Shown: positions 42,316 to 55,000 of the stretch, in pieces
How the letters are laid out: the number at the start of each line of letters is the position of its first letter
How positions within the stretch are numbered: the first letter of the stretch is position 1
Assembly (NCBI RefSeq): GCF_963921235.1
Contig: NC_086108.1
Location: 94,986,001-95,050,000, forward strand
Direction: 5' to 3'
Source: Mobula hypostoma
Lineage: Eukaryota
DNA: 64,000 nt
Notes under the pieces: generated by a model
What the model was told of the DNA's origin: nothing
The model's database searches: none
Seen by the model: only the letters and a program-made list of their open reading frames with translations
Position numbers and translations under genes: made by a program

Positions 42316-42491
42316 GGAATAAATGGCTTTCATTAAAGAAATAATTAGATGGTTATAGACAAAATCAGAGCACATAATTGCTGGTACATAATCCACACCA
42401 GGAAACGCAAGTAATATGTTTTCCTCAAACATAAGTTATGCCATACCAAAGAAGTTATATGAGTAAAAATTCAATGTACTTTTCAACTTAC

Positions 42492-42626
42492 CCTACGGGC
42501 AAGAAGTAGACCAGTGCAATAGGATGCAGCATAGTTTGTAAGTCCAACTTTGATGCCATACTTGGGTAATTCATGGCCATATGCAGCACATACAATTACA
42601 TCGCCCTCAATCTTTGCATATGCAAT
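42492..42626 (-). CDS. RPL5: RPL5 exon 4 (135 bp; [45 protein letters not shown])
   Basis: ctacag| and |gtaagt; conserved RPL5 peptide. Confidence 0.97.
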
Positions 42627-42721
42627 CTGTAGAAGAACCCAAAATAATTTTGTTCATCAATGCAAAAAAATAACAAAACTTTCAAACTTTAACAGATTCT
42701 AATACTAATCAGAAATTATTA

Positions 42722-43154
<433 letters not shown>

Positions 43155-44246
43155 TTACCATGCGTAGCCTTCCTCACAACTTAATTCCCAACGTTTCACA
43201 TACCCCACACCACAGTTCAACCTACCTTTACATAAAGATAAGATTAACTGTTCATGCCTCATCTAAACTCATACCAAAATCCTCAGGCACATTCAGTTTC
43301 AACAAATGCAAAAGAACACACCTGGTCCCAACCTACTTTGCTCTACCACAGTTGCCACCAGGTTCCCTCAGCCATTAACATGACCATCTTCCTTCGCACC
43401 AAAATGCTAATCACAGGCTCCCAATTAAGTGATACATCAATTTTGAAAACCTCGTGCAAACTTTCAGTAGTCTCTCTCCAAAACTTATTTCTTCAAAACT
43501 CTGTACAACCCGTAAATATACCTACAGCAATCGAAATAGGACCTCTCTGTACCCCTACATTTAAACGATTAAACGCCGGTAGCCATACTTCCAGCTTCTC
43601 GTCTGCTATGTAACCTTCTCCCTTAAAAAGACCTGGTCACTAATCTCTTCCTTTCACCAGGCTTTTTTTTCATTTTCCAATTACCTCACGTGCTTTGGGA
43701 GGGCAGTTCACCGTCAAAGCTGCTGCATCATTACAAGTTACTGTTAAACCGGCTCTATAAATTGATTCCTCTTAAAAACTTACAGAACTCAAAAGGCCGA
43801 CGATAAAAACATAATCGAGACCATCAACTTAAAAAGCTTACTTCTTACAGAGCTAACACCAGCAGCCAAACTTAAGCATTAACTTGTTGTACAGTACAGC
43901 CTTGGGCCTACCTTCAGCAGAGCACCAGTGGGCCAGCATCGCTTGCAGAGTAAAATAATTTACCCGCGCGCTCACTTAACCACACAATAATTAATGTTGT
44001 TTAAAAAAAAAGCAGAATAATGCATGAATGCTGCAGGCGGCAGCAAGACCAGCAGCCCGGCAGCCAACCCCCTTCTACAGAGCGGCTGCAATGGCCACGT
44101 TGGAGAAGACAGATCGGCCGCTGGAACTCCCCGATAATCTAATGCCATCCTGGGCACCGCAACCCGCTGCCCGTTTTCTGAAGCCCCCCATGGATGAAGG
44201 CAACAATTAGCGAAGAGTGCAGATGGTTATTTGGGGACAAACCAAC

Positions 44247-44331
44247 CATTTTGAGCGGATTTCACCCTCTGTCACCCGGGACCAGGCGATTTTCTAGGGC
44301 AGGCGAATTCCGCCCAGCTGGAAAAAAGAGG
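44247..44331 (-). CDS. RPL5: RPL5 exon 1 (5'UTR plus ATG only; ATG at 44249-44247)
   Basis: Minus strand reads caaaATG|gttggt; 5'TOP tract about 80 nt upstream; ATG-only first coding exon as in vertebrate RPL5; TSS approximate. Confidence 0.85.
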
Positions 44332-44380
44332 CCGTTCATGGTGCGCATGCGCACTACGTAACCCGCCGGAGGAAACTTTG
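44320..44380 (-). promoter_or_regulatory. RPL5 core promoter: 5'TOP/TCT initiator and NRF1 site within a small CpG island (~43960-44500)
   Basis: Minus strand ggcCTCTTTTTTCCAGC at ~44331-44320; perfect palindrome TGCGCATGCGCA at 44342-44353; local CpG enrichment. Confidence 0.8.
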
Positions 44381-44674
44381 TGACAGGAGGTACCTGGGCG
44401 CTGCGGAATCCGCGCTGGCTGCCCACAGCGCCCCCTGCCGCCCGGGAGAAGCGGTGCGCCAATAGCGGCGGCGCGTTCAGAAAGATCAATCGGTAAAAAC
44501 CCTGTGGAGACACAATAGATTATGCAAATGCTGGGTATCTTGAGCAAGATACACAAAATACTGGAGGAACTTTACAGCTAAGGCCTATGGGGAAAATGAA
44601 CAGTTGACTTTTATATCTAAAAATTTAAATAAATAGTGGAAAAAGGGAAAAAAGTACTTTACTTTTAGTGAGAA

Positions 44675-47600
44675 CATACAACTTAGAACATATGAATCTA
44701 CAGCGCGTGAAAGGCCCTTCGATCCACAATGTTGTGCCGACCAGGAAACCTAATCTGGGAACTACCTAGAATTTCCCTAGCACATAGCCCTCTATTTTCC
44801 TAAACTCCATGTACCTGTCTAAGGGTCTCTTAAAATACCCTATTGTATTCTCCTCCACCACTGTCACCGGCAGTGTTTTCCACCCACCCACCGCTCTCTG
44901 TGTGAAAAACTTGCCCCTGACATCTTCTCAGTACAGCACCTATTTCCAAGCACCTTAAAACTATGCCCCCTCGTGTTAGCCATTTCAGCCCTGGGAAAGA
45001 ACCTCTGGGTATCCACACGATCAATGCCTCTCCTCATCTTATACACCTCTATAAGGTCACCTCTCATCCTCTGTCACTCCAAGGAGAAATGGCCAAATAT
45101 TCTCATAAGGCATTCTTCCCAATCCAGGCAACATCCTTGTAAATCTCCTCTGCACTTTCTCCATAGTATCCACATCCTTCCTGTGGTGAGGTGACCAGAA
45201 CTGAACACAGTACTCCAAGTGGGGTCTGTCCAGGGTCTTATGTAGCTGTAACATTATCTCACGACTCTTGAACTCAATCCCACTGTTGATGAAGGCCAAC
45301 AAACCGTATGCCTTCTTAACAACACTGTCAACCTACGCAGCAGCTTTGAGTGTCCTATGGACTTGGACCCTGAGATCCCTCTGATCCTCCGCACTGCCAA
45401 GAGTCTTACCATTAATACTATATTCCGCCATCATATTTGACCTACCAAAATGAACCACCTCACACTTATCTGGGTTGAACTCCATCCGACACTTCTCAGC
45501 TCAGCTTTGCATCCTATCGATGCTCCACTGTAACCTCTGACAGCCCTCCATACTATCCACAACACTACCAACCTTTGTGTCATCAGCAAATTTACTAACC
45601 CATTCCTCCACTTTCTCATCCAGGTCATTTATAAAAATCACAAGGGGGAGAGGTCCCAGAACAGATTCCTGCGGAACACCACTTGTCACCAACCTCCATG
45701 CAGAATATGACCCATCTACAACCACCCTTTACCTTCTGTGGGCAAGCCAATTCTAGATCCACAAAGCAAGGTCACCTTGGATCCCATGCCTCCTTACTTT
45801 ATGAAGGAGCCTTGCAAGGGGAACCTTATCAAATGCCTTAATGAAATCCATATACACTACATCTACTGTTCTACTTTCATCAATGTGTTTTGCTACGTCC
45901 TCAAAGAATTCAATCAGGCTCATAACGCACGACCTGCCTTTGACAAAGCCATGCTGACTATTCTTAATCATATTATGCCTTTCCAAATGTTCATAGATCC
46001 TGCCTCTCAGGATCTTTTCCATCAACTTACCGACCACTGAAGTAAGACTCACTGGCCTATAATTTCCCGGGTTATCTCTACCTCCTTCCTTGAACAAGGG
46101 GACGACATCTGCAACCCTCCAATCCTCCGGAACCTCTCCTAACCCCATTGATGATGCAAAGATCATTGCCAGAGGCTCAGCGATCTTCTCCGTCGCTTCC
46201 CACAGTAGCCTGGGGTATATCTCATCTGGTCCCAGTGACTTACTTAATGCTTTTCAAAAGCTCCAACACTTCCTCTTTCTTAATGTCTATATGCTCAAGC
46301 TTTTCTGTCCACTGTAAGTCATCCCTACAATTACCAAGGTTTTTTCCCCTGGTAAATACTGAAGCAAAGTATTTATTAAGTACCTCCGCTACCTCCTCCA
46401 ACTCCATGCACACGTTTCCACTATCACACTTGATTCGTCCTATTTTCACACAGCTCATCTTCTTGCTCTTCACATACTTGTAGAATGCCTTGGGGTTTTC
46501 CTTAATCCTGCTAGCCAAGGTCTTCATTAGTTGAATCCCAGAATTGGGAGGCTATATTCCAACTATATGAAGCATAGTTCAGCTTGAGTACTGTGTTGAT
46601 TTGGGCACCACACTAGTGAAAAGAATGGATAACACTGGAGAGGGTGCAGAGAAGATTCACCACAAAGTTATTTGGAATGAAGTGTTTTAGTTATTGGGAA
46701 AGATTGAAGAGACTAGGTCTTTTGATACTAGAACAGAGGAGGTTAGGAGGCTACAAGATTGAGGTATATAAGATTATGAGAGATTTTGTCTACTGTAGGA
46801 ATCTTTTCCCATTATCAGAGGTAGATAAAATTAGTGGCCATAGATTTAGGGTAATGGGTTAGAGGCTCAGAGAGGATCGGAGGAGATTTGTCATCAGGTG
46901 TAATGAGTACCTGGAATGTATTGCCAGAAATAGTAGTAGAAGCTGATTGATGACAGCATTTAAGTGACGTAGAGGACAAATCATTCAGTATATTTAAGGC
47001 AGAGGTGGATAGATTCTTGATTAGTCAGGGCATGAAGGGATACAACAAGAAGATGGGAGATTGGGGAAGGAAAATGGATTAGCCATGATGAAATGACAGA
47101 GCAGACTCGATGGGCCAAATGGCCTAATTCTGCTCCTATAATCTTATGGTCTTATGGTCTTCTCATGGCCCCTTCTGGCTCTCCTAATTCCATTCTTAAG
47201 CTCTTTCCTGGCAACCTTGTTATTTTCTAGAGCTTTAACAGTACTTAGTTTCTTCAACCTTTTGTCAGCTTTTCTTTTCTTCTTAACTAGATTTTCTACA
47301 TCCTTTATACACCATGATTCTTTTACCCTACCATCCTTTCCCTGCCTCAATGGAACGTACCTATGCAGAACTCCATGCAAATGTTCGCTGAACATTTGCC
47401 ACATTTCTGCCATGCATGTCCCTGAGAACATCTGTTCCCAATTTACTTTCCCAAGTTCCTGCCTAATAGCATCATATTTCCCCCTACCCCAGTTAAATGT
47501 TTTCCAAATTTTTCTGCTCCTATCTCTCTCCAGCGCTATGGTGAAGGAGATAGAGTTGTGGTCACTACCTCCGAAATGTTCTTCCACCGAGAGATCTGAA

Positions 47601-48440
47601 ATCTGACCAGGTATATTTCCCGATACCAGGTCAAGTACAGCCTCTCCTCTAGTTGGCTTATCTACATATTGTGTAAAGAAACCTTCCTGAACACACCTAA
47701 CAAACTCCACCCCATCTAAACCGCTGGCGCTAAGGAGATGCCAGTCAATATTAGAAAAGTTAAAATCTCCCATCACAACAACCCTATTATTATTGCACCT
47801 TTCCAGAATCTGCCTCCCTATCTGCTCCTCGATATCCCTGTGTCTGTAAAAAAACACCTAATAGAGTTATTGCCCCTTTCCTGTTTCTGATTTCTACCCA
47901 CACTGACTCAGTAGACCATCCCTCTGTGACTTCCTCCTTTTCTGCAGTTGTGACACATCCCTAATTAGCAATGCAATGGCCCCACCTCTTTTGCCTCCCT
48001 CCCTGTCCTTTTTGAAACATCTGAAGCCCAGCACACTCAGCAGCCATTCCTGCCCCTGAGAATCTCTGTAATGGCCACAATGTCATAAGTTCCATGTATT
48101 GATCCATGCTCTAAGTTCATCTGCTTTGTTTATGATACTCCTTGCATTTAAATAGACACATCTCAAACCATCTGGCTGAAAGCATCATTGCTCTAACATC
48201 TGCCTGTCCTTCCTCACAAACTTCCTACAAGCTGTCTCTACTTGTGCTCCAACCTCCCTATCCTCTGCCTCTTCACTTTGATTCCAACCCCCCTGCAAAT
48301 CTAGTTTAAACCCTCCCCTGCTGCATTAGCAAACCTCCCCCGAGGATATCCGTCCCCCTCGGATTTGTGCAACCCATTCTTTTTGTACAGGTCACACCTG
48401 CCCCAGTAGATCCAAAAATCTGAATCGCTGCCCTCTGCTC
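44675..48440 (-). mobile_element. CR1 with almost complete ORF2, split by an insertion at 46526-47155
   Basis: APE and RT peptides; reading frame RRARRGHEKT / KTLASRIKENPK continues exactly across the insertion. Confidence 0.92.
46526..47155 (+). mobile_element. Chimeric CR1-derived insertion (old CR1 fragment plus a second CR1 3' end)
   Basis: TSD ggtcttc at 46519-46525 and 47156-47162; ends in cttatggtcttatggt tail. Confidence 0.75.
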
Positions 48441-48544
48441 CAAAGAAGTAATGGTGGGGCTCTAGTGAGGTAATGGTTCGGTGTCCATTCAGAAATCTAA
48501 TGGCAGAGAGGAAGAAACTATTTTTTGTAGTTGAGTGTGTTCAT

Positions 48545-48820
48545 CCAGGGCTTCTGATTGGGGAAATCTCTGAGCAATTTCATTCTCACGAATCAATGAA
48601 TATGTTGTAAAAAAAATCACTCTCTACTTGTACATAATTTTCTCCTTTTGCTTCTTCTTTCTTTCCTCTCTTTTCTATAGATGTATACCTCAGATAAATA
48701 TTATGTGGAGATTTGTGGCAAATATGTCTATATGATATATATGTACAATATCTGAAATACATCTTATGGAAATGTTTGTTTGATGATGAACTTCAATAAA
48801 AAATAAATTACCAAAAAAAA
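48545..48820 (+). mobile_element. Probable L1/Tx1-type 3'UTR fragment with poly(A)
   Basis: T-rich UTR ending caataaaaaataaattaccaaaaaaaa. Confidence 0.5.
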
Positions 48821-49416
48821 GCAGGATCTGTAAACTCTAAACAAACTATACAAATACAGATAATACATAAATAGCAATAAATAATGGGTATGAAGTAACA
48901 AGAGGAAAGACTGTAGCCATCCCTTTTTGTTCAAGAGCCTGATGGTTGAGGGGTAGTAGTGTTGATGAACCTGGTGGTGTGAGTCCTAAGGCTCTTGTAC
49001 CTTCTACCTGATGGTGGCAGTGAGAAAGAGCATGGCCTGGGTGGTGAGGATCTTTGATGATTGATGTTGCTTTCCTACAGCAAGGTTTGATGTAGATGTG
49101 TTCAATGGTTGGGAAGGGTTTACCCATGATGCACTGGGCTGAATCCACTACCTTTTGTAGGACTTTCCACTCAAAGGCATTGATGTTCCCATACCAGGCC
49201 GTGATGCAGCCAGCCAGCACACTTTCTATCACACATCTATAGAGGTTTCCCAATCTCCACAGACTCCTGAGGAAGTAGAGGCACTCTCGTGCTTTCTTTG
49301 CAATAATATTTACCTAATGGGTCCAGGACAGGTTATCTGAGATAAGGACACCCGGGAATTTAAAGTCACTGACCCTCTCCACCTCTGATCCTCCGATGAT
49401 TACTGGTTCATGGACG

Positions 49417-51885
49417 CAAACAGGAATTCTGCAGATGCTGGAAATTCAAGCAACACACATCAAAGTTGCTGGTGAACGCAGCAGGCCAGGCAGCATCTGT
49501 AGGAAGAGGTGCAGTCGACGTTTCAGGCCGAGACCCTGCGTCAGGACTAACTGAAGGAAGAGTGAGTAAGGGATTTGAAAGTTGGAGGGGGAGGGGGAGA
49601 TCCAAAATTAGAAGACAGGAGGGGGAGGGATGGAGCCAAGAGCTGGACAGGTGATTGGCAAAGAGGATATGAGAGGATCATGGGACAGGAGGTCCGGGAA
49701 GAAAGACGACGTGGGGGGGGGGGACCCAGAGGATGGGCAAGAGGTATATTCAGAGGGACAGAGGGAGAAAAAGGAGAGTGAGAGAAAGAATGTGTGCATA
49801 AAAATAAGTAACAGATGGGGTACGAGGGGGAGGTGGGATCTTAGCGGAAGTTAGAGAAGTCGATGTTCATACCATCAGGTTGGAGGCTACCCAGACGGAA
49901 TATAAGTTGTTGTTCCTCCAACCTGAGTGTGGCTTCATCTTTACAGTAGAGGAGGCCGTGGATAGACATGTCAGAATGGGAATGGGATGTGGAATTAAAA
50001 TGTGTGGCCACTGGGAGATCCTGTTTTCTCTGGCGGACAGAGCGTAGATGTTCAGCAAAGCGGTCTCCCAGTCTGCGTTGGGTCTCGCCAATATATAAAA
50101 GGCCACATCGGGAGCACCGGACGCAGTATATCACCCCAGTCGACTCACAGGTGAAGTGTTGCCTCACCTGGAAGGACTGTTTGGAGCCCTGAATGGTGGT
50201 AAGGGAGGAAGTGTAAGGGCATGTGTAGCGCTTGTTCCACTTACACGGATAAGTGCCAGGAGGGAGATCAGTGGGGAGGGATGGGGGGGACGAATGGACA
50301 AGGGAGTTGTGTAGGGAGCGATCCCTGCAGAATGCAGAGAGAGGCGGGGAGGGAAAGATGTGCTTAGTGGTGGGATCCCGTTGGAGGTGGCGGAAGTTAC
50401 GGAGAATAATATGTTGGACCCGGAGGCTGGTGGGGTGGTAGGTGAGGACCAGGGGAACCCTATTCCTAGTGGGGTGGTGGGAGGATGGAGTGAGAGCAGA
50501 TGTACGTGAAATGGGGGAGATACGTTTAAGAGCAGAGTTGATAGTGGAGGAAGGGAAGCCCCTTTCTTTAAAAAAGGAAGACATCTCCCTCGTCCTAGAA
50601 TGAAAAGCTTCATCCTGAGAGCAGATGCGGCGGAGACGGAGGAATTGCGAGAAGGGGATGGCGTTTTTGCAAGAGACAGGGTGAGAAGAGGAATAGTCCA
50701 GATAGCTGTGAGAGTCAGTAGGCTTATAGTAGACATCAGTGGATAAGCTGTCTCCAAAGACAGAGACAGAAAGATCTAGAAAGGGGAGGGAGGTGTCGGA
50801 AATGGACCAGGTAAACTTGAGGGCAGGGTGAAAGTTGGAGGCAAAGTTAATAAAGTCAACGAGTTCTGCATGCGTGCAGGAAGCAGCGCCAATGCAGTCG
50901 TCGATGTAGCGAAGAAAAAGTGGGGGACAGATACCAGAATAGGCACGGAACATAGATTGTTCCACAAACCCAACAAAAAGGCAGGCATAGCTGGGACCCA
51001 TATGGGTGCCCATACGGCTCCCTACACAACTCCCTTGTCCATTGGTCCCCCCCCATCCCTCCCCACTGATCTCCCTCCTGGCACTTATCCGTGTAAGCGG
51101 AACAAGTGCTACACATGCCCTTACACTTCCTCCCTTACCACCATTCAGGGCCCCAAACAGTCCTTCCAGGTGAGGCAACACTTCACCTGTGAGTCGACTG
51201 GGGTGATATACTGCGTCCGGTGCTCCCGATGTGGCCTTTTATATATTGGCAAGACCCGACGCAGACTGGGAGACTGCTTTGCTGAACATCTACGCTCTGT
51301 CCGCCAGAGAAAGCAGGATCTCCCAGTGGCCACACATTTTAATTCCACGTCCCATTCCCATTCTGACATGTCTATCCACGGCCTCCTCTACTGTAAAGAA
51401 GAAGCCACACTCAGGTTGGAGGAACAACACCTTATATTCCATCTGGGTAGCCTCCAACCTGATGGTATGAACATCGACTTCTCTAACTTCCGCTAAGGCC
51501 CCACCTCCCACTCGTATCCCATCTGTTACTTATTTTTATGCACACATTCTTTCTCTCACTCTCCTTTTTCTCCCTCTGTCCCTCTGAATATACCTCTTGC
51601 CCATCCTCTAGTTCCCCCCCCCCTTGGCTTTCTTCCCGGACCTCCTGTCCCATGATCCTCTCGTATCCCCTTTTGCCTATCACCTGTCCAGCTCTTGGCT
51701 CTATCCCTCCCCCTCCTGTCTTCTCCTATCATTTTGGATCTCCCCCTCCCCCTCCCACTTTCAAACCTCTTACTACCTCTTCCTTCAGTTAGTCCTGACG
51801 AAGGGTCTCGGCCTGAAACGTCGACTGCACCTCTTCCTACAGATGCTGCCTGGCCTGCTGCATTCACCAGCAACTTTGATGTGTG
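49417..51885. mobile_element. Penelope-like element (Neptune-type) as an inverted pair: minus arm 49417-51014 (RT + GIY-YIG), plus arm 51017-51885 (GIY-YIG + pLTR)
   Basis: RT MGPSYACLF, RYIDD, FLD; linker C-x4-C-x2-C; GIY-YIG GVIYCVRCSRCGLLYIGET; 17-bp TSD ttactggttcatggacg at 49400-49416 and 51886-51902. Confidence 0.93.
51791..51826 (+). ncRNA. Minimal type I hammerhead ribozyme motif in PLE pLTR (intact core)
   Basis: agtc-CTGACGA-a-GGGT(ctcg)GCCT-GAAAC-GTC^gact; predicted cleavage after 51822. Confidence 0.8.
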
Positions 51886-53258
51886 TTACTGGTTCATGGA
51901 CGTCTGGATTTCCTCTCCTGAAGTCTACAATCAGTTTCTAGGCCTTATGAACTTGAGTGAGAGGTTGTTGTTATTACACCACTCAGCCAAGTTTTCAATC
52001 TCCCTCCTCTACACGGATGCATCACCCGCCTTTGAGACAGCCCGCAACAGTGGTGTCATCAGCAAATGTATATGGTGTTGGAGCTGTGCTTAGCCACACA
52101 GTCATAGGTGTAAAGCAAGTAGCGCAGGGAGCTAAGCACACATCCCTGTGGTTTTCCTGTGCTGATGGAGATTGTGAAGGAGATGTTTTTGCCAATCCAA
52201 GCCGACTGGGGTCTACAAGTGAGGAAATTCAGGATCCCATTTCACAAGGGGATATTGAGGCCCAGATCTTCGAGTTTACTGATTAGTTAAGAGGGGATGA
52301 TGTTGTTTACTGCCGAGCTGTAATCAATGAAAAGCATCCTGATGTATGCATCTTTGCATTCTGGATATTCCAGGGCTGTGTGAAGAGGCAATGAGATAGC
52401 ATCTGCTGTAGATCTGTTTCTTGGGGAGGTGAATTGGAGCAGATCCAAGTCGCCTCTCAGACAGGAGCTGATAAGCTTCAACACCAACCTCTCAAAACAC
52501 TTTGTCACTGTGGATGTAAGTGCTACTGGACAATAGTCATTTAGACAGGTTACCAGGCTCTTCTTGAGCACCAGTACGGTTGAAGCCTGCTTGAGTGAGA
52601 GGTTAAAGATATCTGTGAACACACCAGCCAGTTGGCCGGCACAGGTCTCCAGTACTCGGTCTGGATTGGTTACTCTCGTTGGATTCACTCTCATTAGAGA
52701 GGCAGCCCGCACATCATCTTCAGATACTGAGCCCAAAGGATCATCGGGAGACATGGGGGTGTGCTATGGTTCCTCCCTGTTCTGGCGGTCAAAGTGAGCG
52801 TAGAAGACATTGAGCTCATCTGGAAGCAAAGCTCTGCTGTCCCCTATGTCACCTACAATTTAACTTTGTTGGCGATTATGGAGTTCAAACCCTACCACAG
52901 CTGTCGAGCATCCCTCATTGATTCCATTTGAGTCTGGAATCTCCACTTCGCCCAAGAGTTGGCTTTCCAGTGATCATACCTGCACCTTTTTGACCTCCAG
53001 ACTCTTATGCCTCTGATCTGGCTCTTATCAGGTTCTGGATTTCATTGTTCATCCATGGCTTCTGATTGAGGAAAAGCCTGAACAATTTCATGGGGACACA
53101 GTCATCTACGGCTGTTTTAATAAAATCTGTAACAACCTCGATGTTGTTATTCAGGTCCTCAGATGAGTTCTCAAACACGGCCCAGTCCACTGACCCAAGG
53201 CAATCCTATAACTGTTCCTCTGCCTCCCACAACCACCCCTTAGCTGTCTCGATCTAAT

Positions 53259-53850
53259 GAGAAGATGGCGATGCGACGCAGCGTGTGTAGCCTCTCCGGT
53301 GAAATGACATCGTATTTGTAAGTAGGATGCCGTGCACAATCCTGATTTGATGGAGACAGCCGTGAGAGCACGGAGGAATATCTGCAGTAACTTCTGAAAT
53401 GCCCGGTTCGCTGCTGCTGCTACTGTGCGATTGAGAATCTCAAGAGAGAAGGCCCCAAAATCCTCGGCTTTGCCTGCTGCTAGCGACCAGGGTTGGGGTC
53501 GAGGCATTCGGCAGAGATGGTGCTTGGTGCTCGGTGTTGGAGGGCTGGTCGGAGCTTGAAGTTTTCAGACAACTCAGAGTCGGACTGTGGTTGGGTATGG
53601 CAGGGAGAGTTTTCTTCCTTCTCCCATCTGCGTGAGGTGTGGGACTTTCGAGAGACTTTGAACTTTTTTACCGTGCTCACGGCCTGTTCTTTATCAAGTT
53701 ATGGTGTTTTTTGTCAGTTTTTCAGTCTTGGTCTGTCCTATGTTTCTGTGATATCACACCGGAGGAACATTGTATCATTTCTTAATGCATGCATTACTAA
53801 ATGACAATAAAAGAGGACTGTGTGTCCCCATAATCTAATCTAATCTAATC
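53259..53850 (+). mobile_element. ~600 bp non-autonomous retroelement, copy 2 (diverged subfamily)
   Basis: gagaagatggcg head; tail aataaaagaggactg...(taatc)x4. Confidence 0.8.
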
Positions 53851-54039
53851 TCTGGAGCCTTGCTCTTTAGGCTCTTTCTGTATGCAGGTGGAAGAACAGC
53901 CAAGTGATCTGACTTGGCAAAATGTGGTCTCAGGCAGGAATGATAGGCATTCTTTATCGTAGTGTAGCAGTGGTGGTCTAGTGTGTTGGGACCTCTGGAT
54001 CTCCTCAAAGATGCCCTAGTTGGTGGGGAGGATAGTGCT

Positions 54040-55000
54040 CAGACAGTGATATAACCAGTTAGAATGCTCCCCAACAGTACTTCTGTAGAAATTTGTGATT
54101 ATCTTTAGTGACATCCCAAATATCCTCAAATTCCTAATGAAATATAGCTGCTGTTGTACCTTCTTTGTAGCTGCACTGATATGTTAGGCCCAGGATAGAT
54201 CCTCAGAGATTTTGACACTCAGGAACTTGAATTTTCTCATCCTTTCCATCCTGATTCCTCAATGAAATTGTGTGCCCATGTTTTGTTTGTTCTAAAGTCC
54301 ACAATCAATTCTTTGGTCTTCTGACGTTGAGTGCAGGGTTGTTACTGCAACACCACTCAATCAGCTGATCTGTCTCGCTCCTGTAAGCCGTCTCATCACC
54401 ATCTGAAATTCTGCCAACAGTAGTTGTGTCATCAGCAAATTTACAGACACCATTCGAGCTGTGCCTGGTCACACAGTCGTTGAGTGTAGGGAGAGTAGAA
54501 CAGTGGGCTAAGCACATATCATTGAGATGCATCAGTGTTGATTGTCAGTAAGGTGGAGATATTATTTCTGATCCGCACAGATTGTGGTCTTCCAGTGTGG
54601 AAGTCAAGGATCCAGTTGCAGAGGGAGATATAGAGAGCCAGGTTTTGGAGCATTTTGACCAAAACTGTGGGAATGAGTTTGTTAAGCACTGAGCTGTAGT
54701 CAACGAACAGCAGCCTAACTTATATATTAGTATTGTCCAGGAGATCCAAGGCCTTGTGAAGAGCCAATGAGATTGCATCCACTGTGGACCTACTGTGGCG
54801 AAAGGCAGACTGTAGTGGGTCCAGGTACTTGCTTAGGCAGAAGTTGGTTCTAGCCATGACTAACCTCTCAAAACATTTCATTACCACAGATGTGAGTGCT
54901 TCTGAACAATAGTCACACTGCTTTGCTTGGGCACTGGTATGATTGTTGCCCTTTCAAAGCAGGTGGGAGCTTCTGACTGTAGGAATGAGGTATTGAAAAC
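54040..55000 (-). mobile_element. Rex1-like LINE fragment
   Basis: CKFADDTTTVGRISDGDETAYRSE; colinear with 12600-13230. Confidence 0.8.

Larger units (their letters stand above)
48830..54000 (-). mobile_element. Rex1-like LINE (APE-RT remnants) hosting the PLE at 49417 and the retroelement at 53259
   Basis: CLNDYCPVALTSTVTKCFERLV, RMLFIDYSSA, NQKPWMN, IIKDPHHPGH. Confidence 0.85.

Noticed and set aside
50828..51496. 222-aa ORF that looks like a stand-alone GIY-YIG nuclease gene
   Set aside because: Chance read-through across the inversion junction: antisense RT fused to the second PLE arm. The N-terminus of the 446-aa ORF is the reciprocal artefact
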